Of a DNA stretch of 64,000 nucleotides, positions 9,207-19,434 are shown piece after piece (position 1 is the stretch's first letter; the number at the start of each line of letters is the position of its first letter). Made by a program: the position numbers and the translations under genes. Source of the DNA: Cenarchaeum sp. (GTDB lineage Archaea > Thermoproteota > Nitrososphaeria > Nitrososphaerales > Nitrosopumilaceae); NCBI GenBank assembly GCA_965206845.1, contig OZ242221.1, positions 1,344,001 to 1,408,000 on the forward strand, read 5' to 3'. Below the pieces are notes generated by a model that saw nothing but the letters and a program-made list of their open reading frames with translations, had not been told where the DNA came from and searched no databases.

Positions 9207-9314
9207 ATGGCAAATCCAGCAGACGGTTGGCCGGTATGGATACCTCTTATTGTGGGATTAGCTCCAGGATTAGTTTACTGGTTCGCTATCACAGCAAGAC
9301 GATCTAGAAGGTAG
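9207..9314 (+). CDS. 35-aa single-TM microprotein MANPADGWPVWIPLIVGLAPGLVYWFAITARRSRR (not in ORF track)
   Basis: TTTAAATA at 9177-9184, ATG 9207, TAG 9312-9314, downstream T-tract; hydrophobic core plus Arg-rich tail. Confidence 0.72.
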   Translation: MANPADGWPVWIPLIVGLAPGLVYWFAITARRSRR

Positions 9315-9451
9315 AAACGCACGGTTTCCAATCTTTTTCTTCTTTATCCAAATTGAACCCCGTCGGGCATCACATTCCACATTCAGGTGTGTTCTGGTGC
9401 TTGATGTGGCTTTACTGCAAGACAAATTAATCACCTCTATACAAGCACTGT

Positions 9452-10492
9452 GTGAAGATCCTTCTGATAGTAGTCTTGGCAGCAATCCTGATTCCTGCAG
9501 GCATCAGCGCAGCCCCGCCCATAGACACTTTGCCCTCGCTGAGCGTCAGGCCTACCAGCGATGCCCCGTTCTTTTATCGGGCAGGCGACAACTCCACCGT
9601 GCTTGTCGGCGAGGTTCGTAACGACAACGCCTTTCCTGTGACTGACGTGCAGGTCATTGCAGCATTCTACGACGACGCAAGCCCCCTGCCTGAGCAGGTT
9701 GTGTCTGGATATTCGTTGCTTGAGGTAATTCCGCCAGGCGGGATCTCGCCATACGTCCTCAGAACCACGAACACGGATGTCGCCATCAGGCAGGCCACGA
9801 TGGCCGTGGTCGGATTCACCTCCTCTGCTACAAAACAGCAGGTGCTGGATGTCTCGCTTGATCTATCGGGATTTGCAGAAAGGATGTATCTTGCTGGCAT
9901 GGTCACAAACGGAGCCAGCGTCCCATCTGAGAACACCAGGGTGCATGTGGCAGTCTATGATCCATTCATACCGCCTAGGCTGCTGGACGTGCATACCATA
10001 TATCTGGACAGCATCGGTGCAAACTCCGCACTGGAGTTTGTCCTTGACGAGCAGCGCAGCCACATGGCATACAGCGTAGCCATATTTGCCGAGTCAGGCA
10101 ACTTTGGAGCAAATGTGCTCGAGCTTGACATGCCCCCGCTTGTGCCCCCTGCACACCGGGCAACCATACACGATACCGCAGCGTCCGGCACACCGGGCAG
10201 GACGGCGCCTTCTGCTGGCTCTCCTGTTCTCGTAGAGAGCGTAATATCAGTGCAGGGTGAGCCGCTTCCGGCAGGCTACACCTACTATGTCCAGATCCGG
10301 GAGTCGGAGCAGTCCCCCGCGGAGTTTGTTGGCGTGTACGAGTCTGGGCTTGACGAACCTGGATTTCAGAATCCCGGAGTGGAGTGGATCCCGCCTAGGC
10401 CAGGTGTTTACCACGTGGAGACGTTTGTGTGGTCCTCGTATGGAGGCGCGCTGGCGGCCCCCGGCCCCATCGTCACAGTGGAGGTCATCTGA
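9452..10492 (+). CDS. secreted hypothetical protein with FxLYD-like Ig domains
   Basis: Signal peptide; VGEVRN...VIAAFYD motif, repeated as AGMVTN...VAVYD. Confidence 0.7.
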   Translation: MKILLIVVLAAILIPAGISAAPPIDTLPSLSVRPTSDAPFFYRAGDNSTVLVGEVRNDNAFPVTDVQVIAAFYDDASPLPEQVVSGYSLLEVIPPGGISPYVLRTTNTDVAIRQATMAVVGFTSSATKQQVLDVSLDLSGFAERMYLAGMVTNGASVPSENTRVHVAVYDPFIPPRLLDVHTIYLDSIGANSALEFVLDEQRSHMAYSVAIFAESGNFGANVLELDMPPLVPPAHRATIHDTAASGTPGRTAPSAGSPVLVESVISVQGEPLPAGYTYYVQIRESEQSPAEFVGVYESGLDEPGFQNPGVEWIPPRPGVYHVETFVWSSYGGALAAPGPIVTVEVI

Positions 10493-10521
10493 GGCGTGCA
10501 GCTTGGTTTATCTTTTCGATC

Positions 10522-11001
10522 ATGGCATCTTCTGCAGTGAAGAGGTACGGCCTTGTCGCCACCGGTGGCACCTTTGATATCATACACAGGGGACACCGCG
10601 CCCTGCTGTCTGAGGCATTCTCGGTATCGGAGCGCGTGATCATCGGCCTCACAGGCGACGGCCTTGCCAAGAGGAGGGGCAAGATCCTGTTGAACACGTA
10701 CCAGCAGAGGCTTGAACTCCTGCACGATGTGCTCCGTACCGAGTTTCCCGGCTCCAGATATGTCATAAGCAGGCTCGATGATGACTTTGGGCCCGCGGTG
10801 CTGGAGGAGGATGTTCAGGCCTTGGTGGTCAGCCAGGAGACCCGCCGCAAGGGCGACATCCTCAACGGCATGCGGCGGGCGCGGGGCGTCCGGCCGGTGG
10901 TGATCGTCATGGTGCCAATGGTTATGGCATCTGACGGGCGCCGCATATCCACCACCAGGATTCGCAACTCCGAGATAGACTCCCGGGGCGGGTTGGTATG
11001 A
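10522..11001 (+). CDS. coaD: archaeal phosphopantetheine adenylyltransferase
   Basis: GGTFDIIHRGH, LVVSQET and ISTTRIR motifs. Confidence 0.88.
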   Translation: MASSAVKRYGLVATGGTFDIIHRGHRALLSEAFSVSERVIIGLTGDGLAKRRGKILLNTYQQRLELLHDVLRTEFPGSRYVISRLDDDFGPAVLEEDVQALVVSQETRRKGDILNGMRRARGVRPVVIVMVPMVMASDGRRISTTRIRNSEIDSRGGLV

Positions 11002-11065
11002 TTTGACAACGCGCTACCAGCTCTTTGATCAACCATGATAAAGTTTCATCTATGGATCCGCTGCC

Positions 11066-11395
11066 ATGGGAATGGCAGATCACATGGCGCGCAAGCTGCA
11101 GGGAAGCGTGGAGAGCCTCCAAGACGGCCTGCAGCCCGAGAGTCTGTCTGCCTGGTACGGCATAATCATATCCCAGACAAAGAAGATGGCTCCGCCTTGG
11201 CTTTATGACCGGATCAGCGTCAGGCAGGATCCGATGCTTCCAATGAAGTTCAAGCTGGACATATCCCGGCGGGCAGTCAAATATTTTATGATGGCAGTGG
11301 ACTCGAATATAGACCTGATGCCGCAGTCCACGAGGCTCTACTTTCTCCGAGTCCAAGAGTCGCTGGATACCGAGGTAGACAGATCCCTAGTCTAA
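11066..11395 (+). CDS. hypothetical protein
   Basis: 109-aa ORF filling the gap between coaD and a convergent gene. Confidence 0.7.
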   Translation: MGMADHMARKLQGSVESLQDGLQPESLSAWYGIIISQTKKMAPPWLYDRISVRQDPMLPMKFKLDISRRAVKYFMMAVDSNIDLMPQSTRLYFLRVQESLDTEVDRSLV

Positions 11396-11398
11396 CGG

Positions 11399-11677
11399 TC
11401 ACTCCTTGAGTATCTCTACTGCGCTGTCTGAGGCCTCTGCCATGGTGATGCGGTGCATGCGCTCCAGAACCGACTGCATAAAGTCTGCAAGGGCCTCCAC
11501 CTGGGCCTCGTCTGCCAGTACTATGCTGTGGGCCGATTTGTCCTTGAGGGACACCACCATCTCGCAGCCGTACACGTTGAGAATCTTCCAGACAAACGTC
11601 TCACGGCTTTCGCCAAAGATCATGCTGGCAAGCTTTTGCGCCTCGTACCTGTCTTGGCAGAGCACCCGTATCCTCAT
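11399..11677 (-). CDS. hypothetical protein
   Basis: 92-aa ORF coupled to the trpS stop (overlap 11674-11677). Confidence 0.7.
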   Translation of the reverse strand: MRIRVLCQDRYEAQKLASMIFGESRETFVWKILNVYGCEMVVSLKDKSAHSIVLADEAQVEALADFMQSVLERMHRITMAEASDSAVEILKE

Positions 11678-12777
11678 AGCAGAAACTCGTGCACTGCGTC
11701 TGCTGCCTGCAGGCGCCTCTTCTGGTGCCCCTCCAGAAACGTGTTGATCTTCTCGATTAGGATCGCCTTTAGCTGGCCTGTCAGCATCCTGCCGGACGCG
11801 TATTCGCGCCGGATCTCTGCAAGCCTCTCATCGTCTGGCTCGAAGAAGATCTTCAGATACTGGTATGAGACATCGATATCCGGGTCTCCGCCCAGCCGGC
11901 GGTGCTGCTCTACATCAGGCTGGCCTCCGGAGAATGCATACCCGTTGATCTTGTCCCTGACAACGCTTGGCGAGTCGGTGGTGTATATGGCATCTGATTC
12001 TTGGGACGCGGACATCTTTCCTCCCGGTCCCTGCAGTCCGGGAATCATCACATTGTGTATCAGCGCCGGCTTGCGCCATCCGACCTTTGGAGCCACATCC
12101 CGGGTCAGTCTGAAGTGGGGATCCTGATCCACTCCCAGCGGGATCAGCACCCGGCGATCCTCAAGAAAGCACGGGGCCGACTGTAGCGCCGTGTAGAATA
12201 TCATGCCTATGTTGGTCTCGCCGCTGAATCCAAAGACCGCTTTTGTATTTGAGAAGTTTATCCTCTTTGCCACCTGCGCAGCAGCTGGGTACAGCTTGCC
12301 TATGTCCCTGGTGTCTATGATGATCTTTGTGTTCTCCGGGGAGAACCCCAGCGCGATAAAGTCCAGCGCATTCTCGTACGCAAAGGACTCTGTCTGCTTC
12401 AGGGTCAGATCCTGTTTTGCGAAGAACTTTTCGTCGTCGGTGAGCTGAAAGTACACCTTTGCATGGAACTTCTCCTGCAACCATCTTGCAAAGACCCAGG
12501 GGACGAGGTGCCCGATGTGGGTGCGGCCAGACGGCCCCCTTCCTGTATAGATAAAGAAACCCTCGCCCCGCTCATGTTCGTCTAGGACGATGTTCAGATC
12601 CCTGTGGGAGAAGAAGATTCCGCGCCTTAGCATAAAGTGATCCTCTCCTGCGGCTCCTCTGATCCTCTGCAGGAGCTTGGGCGTGATCCTCTCGGTGCCA
12701 AACTGCTTGATCAGCTTGTCATAGTCGATATTGCCCTCAACGCGCCACGGCGTTACGACAAAATCGTCAGCTGGCAT
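11674..12777 (-). CDS. trpS: tryptophanyl-tRNA synthetase
   Basis: YTGRGPS, HIGH, GVDQDPHFR and KMSAS motifs. Confidence 0.97.
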   Translation of the reverse strand: MPADDFVVTPWRVEGNIDYDKLIKQFGTERITPKLLQRIRGAAGEDHFMLRRGIFFSHRDLNIVLDEHERGEGFFIYTGRGPSGRTHIGHLVPWVFARWLQEKFHAKVYFQLTDDEKFFAKQDLTLKQTESFAYENALDFIALGFSPENTKIIIDTRDIGKLYPAAAQVAKRINFSNTKAVFGFSGETNIGMIFYTALQSAPCFLEDRRVLIPLGVDQDPHFRLTRDVAPKVGWRKPALIHNVMIPGLQGPGGKMSASQESDAIYTTDSPSVVRDKINGYAFSGGQPDVEQHRRLGGDPDIDVSYQYLKIFFEPDDERLAEIRREYASGRMLTGQLKAILIEKINTFLEGHQKRRLQAADAVHEFLL

Positions 12778-12828
12778 TTATGCTAGGCGCCGGTTAAGGT
12801 TTAAAAAGTCTTTGTCAAATATCCAGAT

Positions 12829-14220
12829 GTGTCTAGAGCTCTGCATGGTATCGAGATAAAACTCATACGCGTACTGCGGGGCCTGCCAGCGGCGGATCAT
12901 GCGGCGCTGGGGGACGCAGCCCAACTGTCGCCGGATCAGGTAAGACGCGGGGTGGAATGGCTCAAGCACAAGGGCCTGGCATCCGTGTCGCACAAGGAGA
13001 CCGCATTTGTCCGGCTGGGAGGGCGCGGCCTGGACGCGCTGTCGGCAGGACTACCCGAGAGACGGCTACTGGCTCTGGTAGAGGCAGGCGTCTGTGACGT
13101 GGCCAGACTCAAGGCCAAGATGGGTTCTGACTTTGGGCCCGCCTTGGGAGTGGCCAGAAGAGGCGGCTGGGTGAGTGTAGAAGGCGGACGAATCGCGCCG
13201 GGCCGCATTCCCGTAAGCATTCCGGCAGAGGATCTGCTTCGCAGCATAGGCCATCTTGATGTAAAGGCGGACGCCGTGGATCAGGACGCCCTGGCATCCC
13301 TGAGGCGGAGGCCTGATTATGTCGTGCCGTTCGTGCGCAAGACAAGCACCGTGTCCCTGACCCCTGCTGTGGCAGAGATCGACCCTGCAAGCCTGGAGGG
13401 CAGCGCCATGGATCTCGAGGCCCCGGCCCCCATGGTGTACCCCGCCAAAAACCACCCGCTCCGGGAGGTGATAAACGAGATACGCGAGATCTTTGCGCTG
13501 CTGGGATTTACCGAGGCCGTGGGCCATATGGTGCAGCCCAGCTTTTGGAACTTTGATGCCCTCTTTACCCCGCAGGATCACCCCGCACGGGAGATGCAGG
13601 ACACGTTCTTTCTGAAGGATGTCCGGGCTGCTGACATGGCGTCGCCTGATACCATCAGGAACGTTGCCGACTCCCACCGGGCCGCCTGGGGGCAGTCTTG
13701 GAGCCTGGATGAGGCAGAGAAGATGGTTCTGCGGACCCACACCACCGGCGTTACCATCAAGTACCTGGCAGACAACCGGCCCGACGAGGCCCGCGTGTTC
13801 TCCTTGGGGAGGGTGTTTCGAAACGAGAAGGTCAGCTACAGGCACTTGGTGGAGTTTCACCAGATCGAGGGGGTGGTCACAGGCAAGAACGCAACGCTGC
13901 GGGATCTTATGGGAATCCAGAAGGAGTTCTACAGGAGGATCGGCCTTGAGCGGGTAAAGTTCTGGCCCACATTCTTTCCCTACACGGAGCCCTCTCTCCA
14001 GTCCATGGTATACAGCGATCAGCTGGGAAGGTGGATCGAGCTCTTCGGAATGGGGATATTCCGGCCGCAGGTGACAGACCCGTTGGGGATCCGGGGGCCC
14101 GTGCTGGCTTGGGGGGGCGGAATCGAGAGGATCGCAATGCTCATGTACGGGCTTGACGACGTGCGGGAGTTTTACAGCAACAACCTCCGGTGGTTGAGGA
14201 GCGCCGCAAGATGCCGGTAG
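12829..14220 (+). CDS. pheS: phenylalanyl-tRNA synthetase alpha subunit
   Basis: FWNFDALFTPQDHPAR, LRTHTT and FFPYTEPS motifs. Confidence 0.97.
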   Translation: MSRALHGIEIKLIRVLRGLPAADHAALGDAAQLSPDQVRRGVEWLKHKGLASVSHKETAFVRLGGRGLDALSAGLPERRLLALVEAGVCDVARLKAKMGSDFGPALGVARRGGWVSVEGGRIAPGRIPVSIPAEDLLRSIGHLDVKADAVDQDALASLRRRPDYVVPFVRKTSTVSLTPAVAEIDPASLEGSAMDLEAPAPMVYPAKNHPLREVINEIREIFALLGFTEAVGHMVQPSFWNFDALFTPQDHPAREMQDTFFLKDVRAADMASPDTIRNVADSHRAAWGQSWSLDEAEKMVLRTHTTGVTIKYLADNRPDEARVFSLGRVFRNEKVSYRHLVEFHQIEGVVTGKNATLRDLMGIQKEFYRRIGLERVKFWPTFFPYTEPSLQSMVYSDQLGRWIELFGMGIFRPQVTDPLGIRGPVLAWGGGIERIAMLMYGLDDVREFYSNNLRWLRSAARCR

Positions 14221-15872
14221 TCGATCTCGAGTATCCGCGGCTAGAGGAGCTGGTGGGGCCCGGCACCGGGGATGCCATCCGGGACGCGCTGCCGTTTCTC
14301 GGGCTGGACGTCGAGTCCGAGTCCGGCGGCGTGGTCCGCGCAGAGTACAGCCCCAACAGGCCGGACTACTCCACAGAGTACGGGATTGCCCTGGGGCTGC
14401 AGGGGCTGACAGGCACCAGAACCGGCCTGTACGGCCTGGACATTGCGGCGTCGGGGTACCTGCTGCATGCAGAGCCCGCAGTATCGGATGTCAGGCCGTC
14501 AGTTACCTGCATTGCCGCAAGGGGCGGCAGGGTGGATGACCGCCTCATACGCCAGCTCATGGCAATGCAGGAAGACCTCCACTCCGGCCTGGGGCGGCGC
14601 CGGCGAAGATCGTCCATCGGGATACACGACCTGGGCAGCATGTCATTTCCCCTGCGGTACACCACCGTCCCGCGCAACCACAGCTTTGTACCGCTGGACT
14701 CTGCAGTGGCGCAGCCGATCTCCGGAATACTGGAGGGGACGCCGGTGGGCCGCAGATACAGCCACATACTGGAAGACCACGCCATGGTGCCCGTAATTCT
14801 TGACGCAAAGGATCAGACCATCTCACTTCCGCCGGTGATAAACTCGGCCCTCACCACGGTAACGACTGATACCCGGGATCTGCTGGTGGAGGTGACGGGG
14901 CTTGACCGAGGCATCGATGACGTGCTGGCCGTGGCCGCGGTCACACTTCAGGCCGCAGGCTTTGAGCTGTTCCGGGTGGATGTGACCGGGGCGGGCAACT
15001 CGACTCCGGCCCTGCGAAACCGTGAGGTTACAGCAGATGCCGGGCTTGTCGCTAAGACCCTTGGCTCAGACATGACCCACCAGGAGATTGTATCCTCGCT
15101 GGCAAAGTGCCGGCTGGATGCGCAGGTGCAAGACGGCACGATACGCTGTACGGCTCCGCCATACCGGTTTGACATACTGGGGCCCATGGATATAGTAGAA
15201 GAGGTGGCCCTGGGATACGGCATCAGGCGCCTCCAGCCGGTGCTGTCGCCGTCACAGGTGATCGGGCAGAAGGATCCTGGGCTGGAGAGGCTGAACCGTG
15301 CCGGCACCACAATGATTGGGCTGGGATACCTGGAGGCGATGGGCTCCTCCCTTACCAACAGCAGGGTACTCTATGACATCCCAGGACGGGATCCATCAGA
15401 GGCGATACCCGTTGCCAGCTCCAAGAGCAGGGAGCACACCATACTGCGGGATGCGATCCTCCCAGGGCTTGTGGAGAGCTTGTCGCGAAACGTCCACGAG
15501 CCGTACCCGCAGAGGCTCTTTGAGATCGGCACCGTATTCCTGCGCGCCTCCGGAGCGGCCCCCGTGGAGGAGCAGGTTCACCTGGCTTGCGTAAATGCCT
15601 CCGGCGGAGCAAGCTTCTCGGGAACCAAGTCCGTGCTGCAGGCCCTGCTTGACTCCCTGGGGGAGGAGTGCACCACATCTGCCTCACGTCATCCACTGCT
15701 TGCCGAAGGAAGAGCAGCAGAGATCCTCCTGGACGGCAGGCGCCTAGGCTATGTGGGTGAGGTGGGCCCCGAGATAATCCGGAACCTCAGGATCAGGGTT
15801 CCGGTGGCCGCATTTGAGGTCGACCTGGATGCAGAGTATGCGGTGCATGTGGTGCCCGGCCTCCGGGATTGA
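14211..15872 (+). CDS. pheT: phenylalanyl-tRNA synthetase beta subunit
   Basis: PNRPD, PPVINS, YRFDILGPMDIVEEVA and PYPQRLFEIG motifs. Confidence 0.95.
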   Translation: MPVVDLEYPRLEELVGPGTGDAIRDALPFLGLDVESESGGVVRAEYSPNRPDYSTEYGIALGLQGLTGTRTGLYGLDIAASGYLLHAEPAVSDVRPSVTCIAARGGRVDDRLIRQLMAMQEDLHSGLGRRRRRSSIGIHDLGSMSFPLRYTTVPRNHSFVPLDSAVAQPISGILEGTPVGRRYSHILEDHAMVPVILDAKDQTISLPPVINSALTTVTTDTRDLLVEVTGLDRGIDDVLAVAAVTLQAAGFELFRVDVTGAGNSTPALRNREVTADAGLVAKTLGSDMTHQEIVSSLAKCRLDAQVQDGTIRCTAPPYRFDILGPMDIVEEVALGYGIRRLQPVLSPSQVIGQKDPGLERLNRAGTTMIGLGYLEAMGSSLTNSRVLYDIPGRDPSEAIPVASSKSREHTILRDAILPGLVESLSRNVHEPYPQRLFEIGTVFLRASGAAPVEEQVHLACVNASGGASFSGTKSVLQALLDSLGEECTTSASRHPLLAEGRAAEILLDGRRLGYVGEVGPEIIRNLRIRVPVAAFEVDLDAEYAVHVVPGLRD

Positions 15873-16162
15873 CTTAAAAACCAACGCCGCATAGGGGAGG
15901 TGCCCCAAGAGCACCCGCGCAGACGGATCAGGCAGAGATGATCGTGTCGATTCCTGTGACTCCTGATTCACCCAGGCGCGGCACATCGGGGCAACCCCGG
16001 TTTGAGAACGCAGGGAGGCATATGGCTACAACACCAATGATACTGTGCGAGTCAGAACCGGGGGACACTAAAATGGGATCGTATCTTCTAGGCACCCTGA
16101 TCGGTGCGAGCATGGCTGACTCCCACATTAAATAAGGGGGGGGGGCACCTGCCATGTAGCGC

Positions 16163-16591
16163 ATGACTGGCTACTGGTTGACAAAACAGGAGCCCGACGG
16201 TCCACGGGGATACAGCTTTGATGATCTGAGGCGGGACGGCAGAACCGTCTGGGATGGCGTCCACAACAACTTGGCGCTAAAACACATGAGGGGCATGAGA
16301 AGGGGCGACCTGGTGATCTTCTACCACACCGGCAAGGAGAGGCGGGCGGTGGGAACCATGAGGGTGATCTCAGACCCATATCCGAATCCCCAGGAGGCGG
16401 ACAGCCGGTTCATGGCAGTCGACGTCGAGTACGTAGCCCCCTTCGGGCGGCCCGTCACGCTGGACGAGATGAAGAGGAGACCGGACTTTGCACAGTGGGA
16501 GTTGTTGCGGATCTCCAGGCTCTCTGTCATGCCGGTGCCTGACCGCATCTGGGAGGCCGTCATGGAGATGTCCGAGGCCGGCCCGACGTAG
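16163..16591 (+). CDS. EVE-domain protein
   Basis: YWLTKQEP, WDGVHNNLA, GDLVIFYHTG and RLSVMPV motifs. Confidence 0.92.
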   Translation: MTGYWLTKQEPDGPRGYSFDDLRRDGRTVWDGVHNNLALKHMRGMRRGDLVIFYHTGKERRAVGTMRVISDPYPNPQEADSRFMAVDVEYVAPFGRPVTLDEMKRRPDFAQWELLRISRLSVMPVPDRIWEAVMEMSEAGPT

Positions 16592-16637
16592 CCTGGACCT
16601 GCTACATAGCGTGTCCCTCACGGTTCGGGGTAATGCC

Positions 16638-17846
16638 GAGGTTGGTGCGTAATTCTCCGAACCGCCTAGACCCGTCCGATACGTTCAATGATCCGCGATC
16701 TCCCGCACGCGGCAATGAGCGAACACAACAGACGGGAAGGATACTGACAGTATTATGAGCTGGCAAAGGAAGTCGAGGCGCCTAGTCTGAAGAGGGAGCT
16801 GATCGAGATAATCCGGGAGAACTCTTGCCCGCGCCGAGAAAACGGCAACAGGGGTCGTCCCCCGGTTCACTCCAAGGAGAAACTGGACTTTGCCTGTCTG
16901 CTGATGATGGCAGGCAACAACACCTATCGCGGAGTCGAATCGGACCTGCGAGGCATGCGGACACCATGGGACAACGAGCCCGTCCCGGACCATACCACAC
17001 TGGTCAGGCACCTCCAGACGATACCGGCAGACTGGCTCGATCTGATCGTGGCCGAGACGGCCCGCCGTTGCATCAAGGAGGCGGACGAGGCGACGGGCCC
17101 GCTGGGAGCCGACAGCAGCGCGGCGGAGACCACTAGGTACGAATACGTCGAGAGGCCGAACAGGGAGGAGCGCGACTTCGTCGAGACGCGCCAAAAGACC
17201 TACTGGAAATACCACATAACGGCCATCTTGGGCCTGCAGATCGTGCTGGCGGCGTTCACCAAGCCCGGCAACATCAACGACACGACCATGCTTCCAGTCA
17301 TGCTGGCTGAGATCAGGCGCCGCGGGTTTGACTTTGCGGGGAACTTCTTTGACGGGGACAAGGGGTACGACTCTGACTACAACTGCGAGCTGCTGTTCTG
17401 GATGGGCATGATCCCCAACATCAGGCAACGGAAGGATGCCGTCAACCGTGGCAAGCCACACAGGAGGAAGGCGGCCGGCATGTTCAGCGATAGCGAGTAC
17501 AGAAAGAGGGCCCTGATAGAGGGCATCTTCGGGGCCGAGGAGACCCGGCGGCACCAGCTGCACTGCCGGTTCGTCCGGAAGGACAACCGGCGCCTGTTCG
17601 CCAAGGGAAGGGCGATCGCCTGGAACATCCGGGTCCTCAACCGGTTCGAGTGCGCCAACCGGCTAAACATACCAATACCTTCCTACGGTGGCGTGGCGCA
17701 CGCGGAGTGCGCCTGATGATCCGACCCGTCAGTAGCTGATCACGGCGTGCGGGCAACAAAAGCCTGACACGCACCAAAGCACCGCCGGTGAAAACGCGGC
17801 GGGAGACGCACATAAGCAGGACGGAGCAGAATTACGCACCAACCTC
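16638..17846 (+). mobile_element. 1209-bp IS5/IS4-type insertion sequence, copy 2
   Basis: TIR GAGGTTGGTGCGTAATTCT (16638-16656 / 17828-17846); TSD GGTAATGCC (16629-16637, 17847-17855); near-identical to copy 1. Confidence 0.93.
16688..17716 (+). pseudogene. transposase with nonsense codon 20 (TGG>TGA at 16745-16747)
   Basis: Aligns ungapped to 8003-9031, where the same codon is TGG. Confidence 0.85.
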
Positions 17847-17891
17847 GGTAATGCCAAAAGAACCTTATACTAGAAAAATTGTAGGAGATGT

Positions 17892-18131
17892 ATGGCGACA
17901 GCTTATGTCCTGATAAACTGTGAACTCGGTTCCGAGGAGGCAATCATACAACAGCTCAAGGGACTTGAAGGCGTAAGAGAGGTTCATGGAACCTTTGGCG
18001 CCTACGATATCCTTGCAAAGATCGAATCCGACACGGTAGAGAAGCTCAGGGAGACCATTACGTGGAAGATAAGAAAGATAGAGAAGATCCGATCCACGCT
18101 GACTCTGATGGGAATCGAGGGCCAAAACTAA
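17892..18131 (+). CDS. Lrp/AsnC ligand-binding-domain protein
   Basis: AYVLINC...HGTFGAYDILAKI...IRSTLTL. Confidence 0.9.
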   Translation: MATAYVLINCELGSEEAIIQQLKGLEGVREVHGTFGAYDILAKIESDTVEKLRETITWKIRKIEKIRSTLTLMGIEGQN

Positions 18132-18145
18132 CCATTTTTTTTACT

Positions 18146-18733
18146 ATGATCCTGCATTTTGTCTTTGTAGTGCGAGAGGAGGATCTGGACGACCGCAGGG
18201 GCGAGTTTGAGTATGTCCAGCAGATGGGGCGCTTCTTCCAGGTGTGGATACGGGCAAGATTCTCCTTGGATGTAGAGGTCAGATGCGATCAGATGATCAC
18301 TCATGCCCGGAGCATGCTGCAGCGGTTGGACACGCACACGTTGATAGATGATCACCGCAGTCGTGGATCCGGCACCTTTCACTTTTACCTATGCCACTTT
18401 CGTCCCACGTGGACCGACTGCACCTGCGAGGGGTATCATTCTGAGAACTTTGGAATGGTCTTTTGGCGGCGTCCCAAGGCGCAGGACGATTGGCTATTCC
18501 TGGCAGAGAAGAACTGCACCACCGTGTCCCACGAGCTTGCGCACGAGCTTCTCCGGCAGGCAGGCTACAAGAGGTACGGCACGGACGTGCACGACATATG
18601 GACCAGGCACCTCTTTGACGGGCTCGAGTTTGAGCAGTACGGCAAGGACTTTGAAAGGACCGATGTGGAACCGTGGTTTCTGGCCATCGACCTGTCGTCT
18701 CTTGAGTACGGCAGGCGGGTCAGCACTTTGTAA
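18146..18733 (+). CDS. hypothetical protein with HExxH zincin-like motif
   Basis: VSHELAHELL and DCTCEGYH motifs. Confidence 0.7.
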   Translation: MILHFVFVVREEDLDDRRGEFEYVQQMGRFFQVWIRARFSLDVEVRCDQMITHARSMLQRLDTHTLIDDHRSRGSGTFHFYLCHFRPTWTDCTCEGYHSENFGMVFWRRPKAQDDWLFLAEKNCTTVSHELAHELLRQAGYKRYGTDVHDIWTRHLFDGLEFEQYGKDFERTDVEPWFLAIDLSSLEYGRRVSTL

Positions 18734-19352
18734 CTGTGTAGATGCTGTTCTCAAAATTGGTAGTCTTGAACTCGATCTTGTTCTCGGGATCCTTTGATCT
18801 TGCCGTGTTCAGGCTGGCAAGCTCTGCTAGGGCATCGCTTCTGAATCCCACAGACGAACCGTAGATCGCCTCGGCGAGCTGCGTGCCGTGCTCGCCCCCC
18901 TTGATGTCGTCTACCATGTCGTAAAATTTTGTGGTCTCCCTCCGGTTGACAGGGTTTCCTGTTGCCTTGTTGACCGCCACGGCAGTGTACATGCCGTGCT
19001 GCTTTACGGCCACTTGGACCATGTTGCTCTTGTTTGTTCTGCCAGGAATGGTCTCATCCACCAGAATCTCACACTTGTGGAACATGCTGGATACGTACGC
19101 GTAGAACCGGTACTGGGCAAACCTGCCCTCGTCATCCTCGTCGCAGTCCACAAAGACCTTGTGCAGCATGGTCAGTGCGTTGTCGTTCATGCTCTGCAGG
19201 CGATCAATGATGCGCCCCCTCTCCAAAAGCTCCGAACCGCACTCCTTGGCAACCAGCTCTAGGATAAAGTCTGGCAGGTTGTAGTTCTTAAGCGACGTCA
19301 CATGCGCGCCGGCCTGGGACAGACCGAACTTTGGAAATCCCTTGTTTACCAT
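18720..19352 (-). CDS. hypothetical protein, possibly a degenerate restriction-endonuclease-like fold
   Basis: 210-aa ORF; IPGRTNKS..VQVAVK...AVAVNK resembles the Mrr-type core without clear catalytic acids. Confidence 0.6.
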   Translation of the reverse strand: MVNKGFPKFGLSQAGAHVTSLKNYNLPDFILELVAKECGSELLERGRIIDRLQSMNDNALTMLHKVFVDCDEDDEGRFAQYRFYAYVSSMFHKCEILVDETIPGRTNKSNMVQVAVKQHGMYTAVAVNKATGNPVNRRETTKFYDMVDDIKGGEHGTQLAEAIYGSSVGFRSDALAELASLNTARSKDPENKIEFKTTNFENSIYTVTKC

Positions 19353-19434
19353 TTCCTGTATTTTGACTCCTTGCAGTGTTCATACATGTCCAATAGTCAT
19401 ACGTCGGTTATGCATTTAATTGTTGAGATTCTTG

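Noticed and set aside
15928-16128. Minus-strand ORF with YDPILVSPGSDSH resembling a deacetylase motif
   Set aside because: The similarity is too short and no other family motifs are present; it cannot be supported without a search.
16745-16747. In-frame TGA in IS copy 2 as recoding or selenocysteine
   Set aside because: It replaces Trp (TGG) by a single transition, and TGA is used as a normal stop throughout the window, so a nonsense mutation is simpler.
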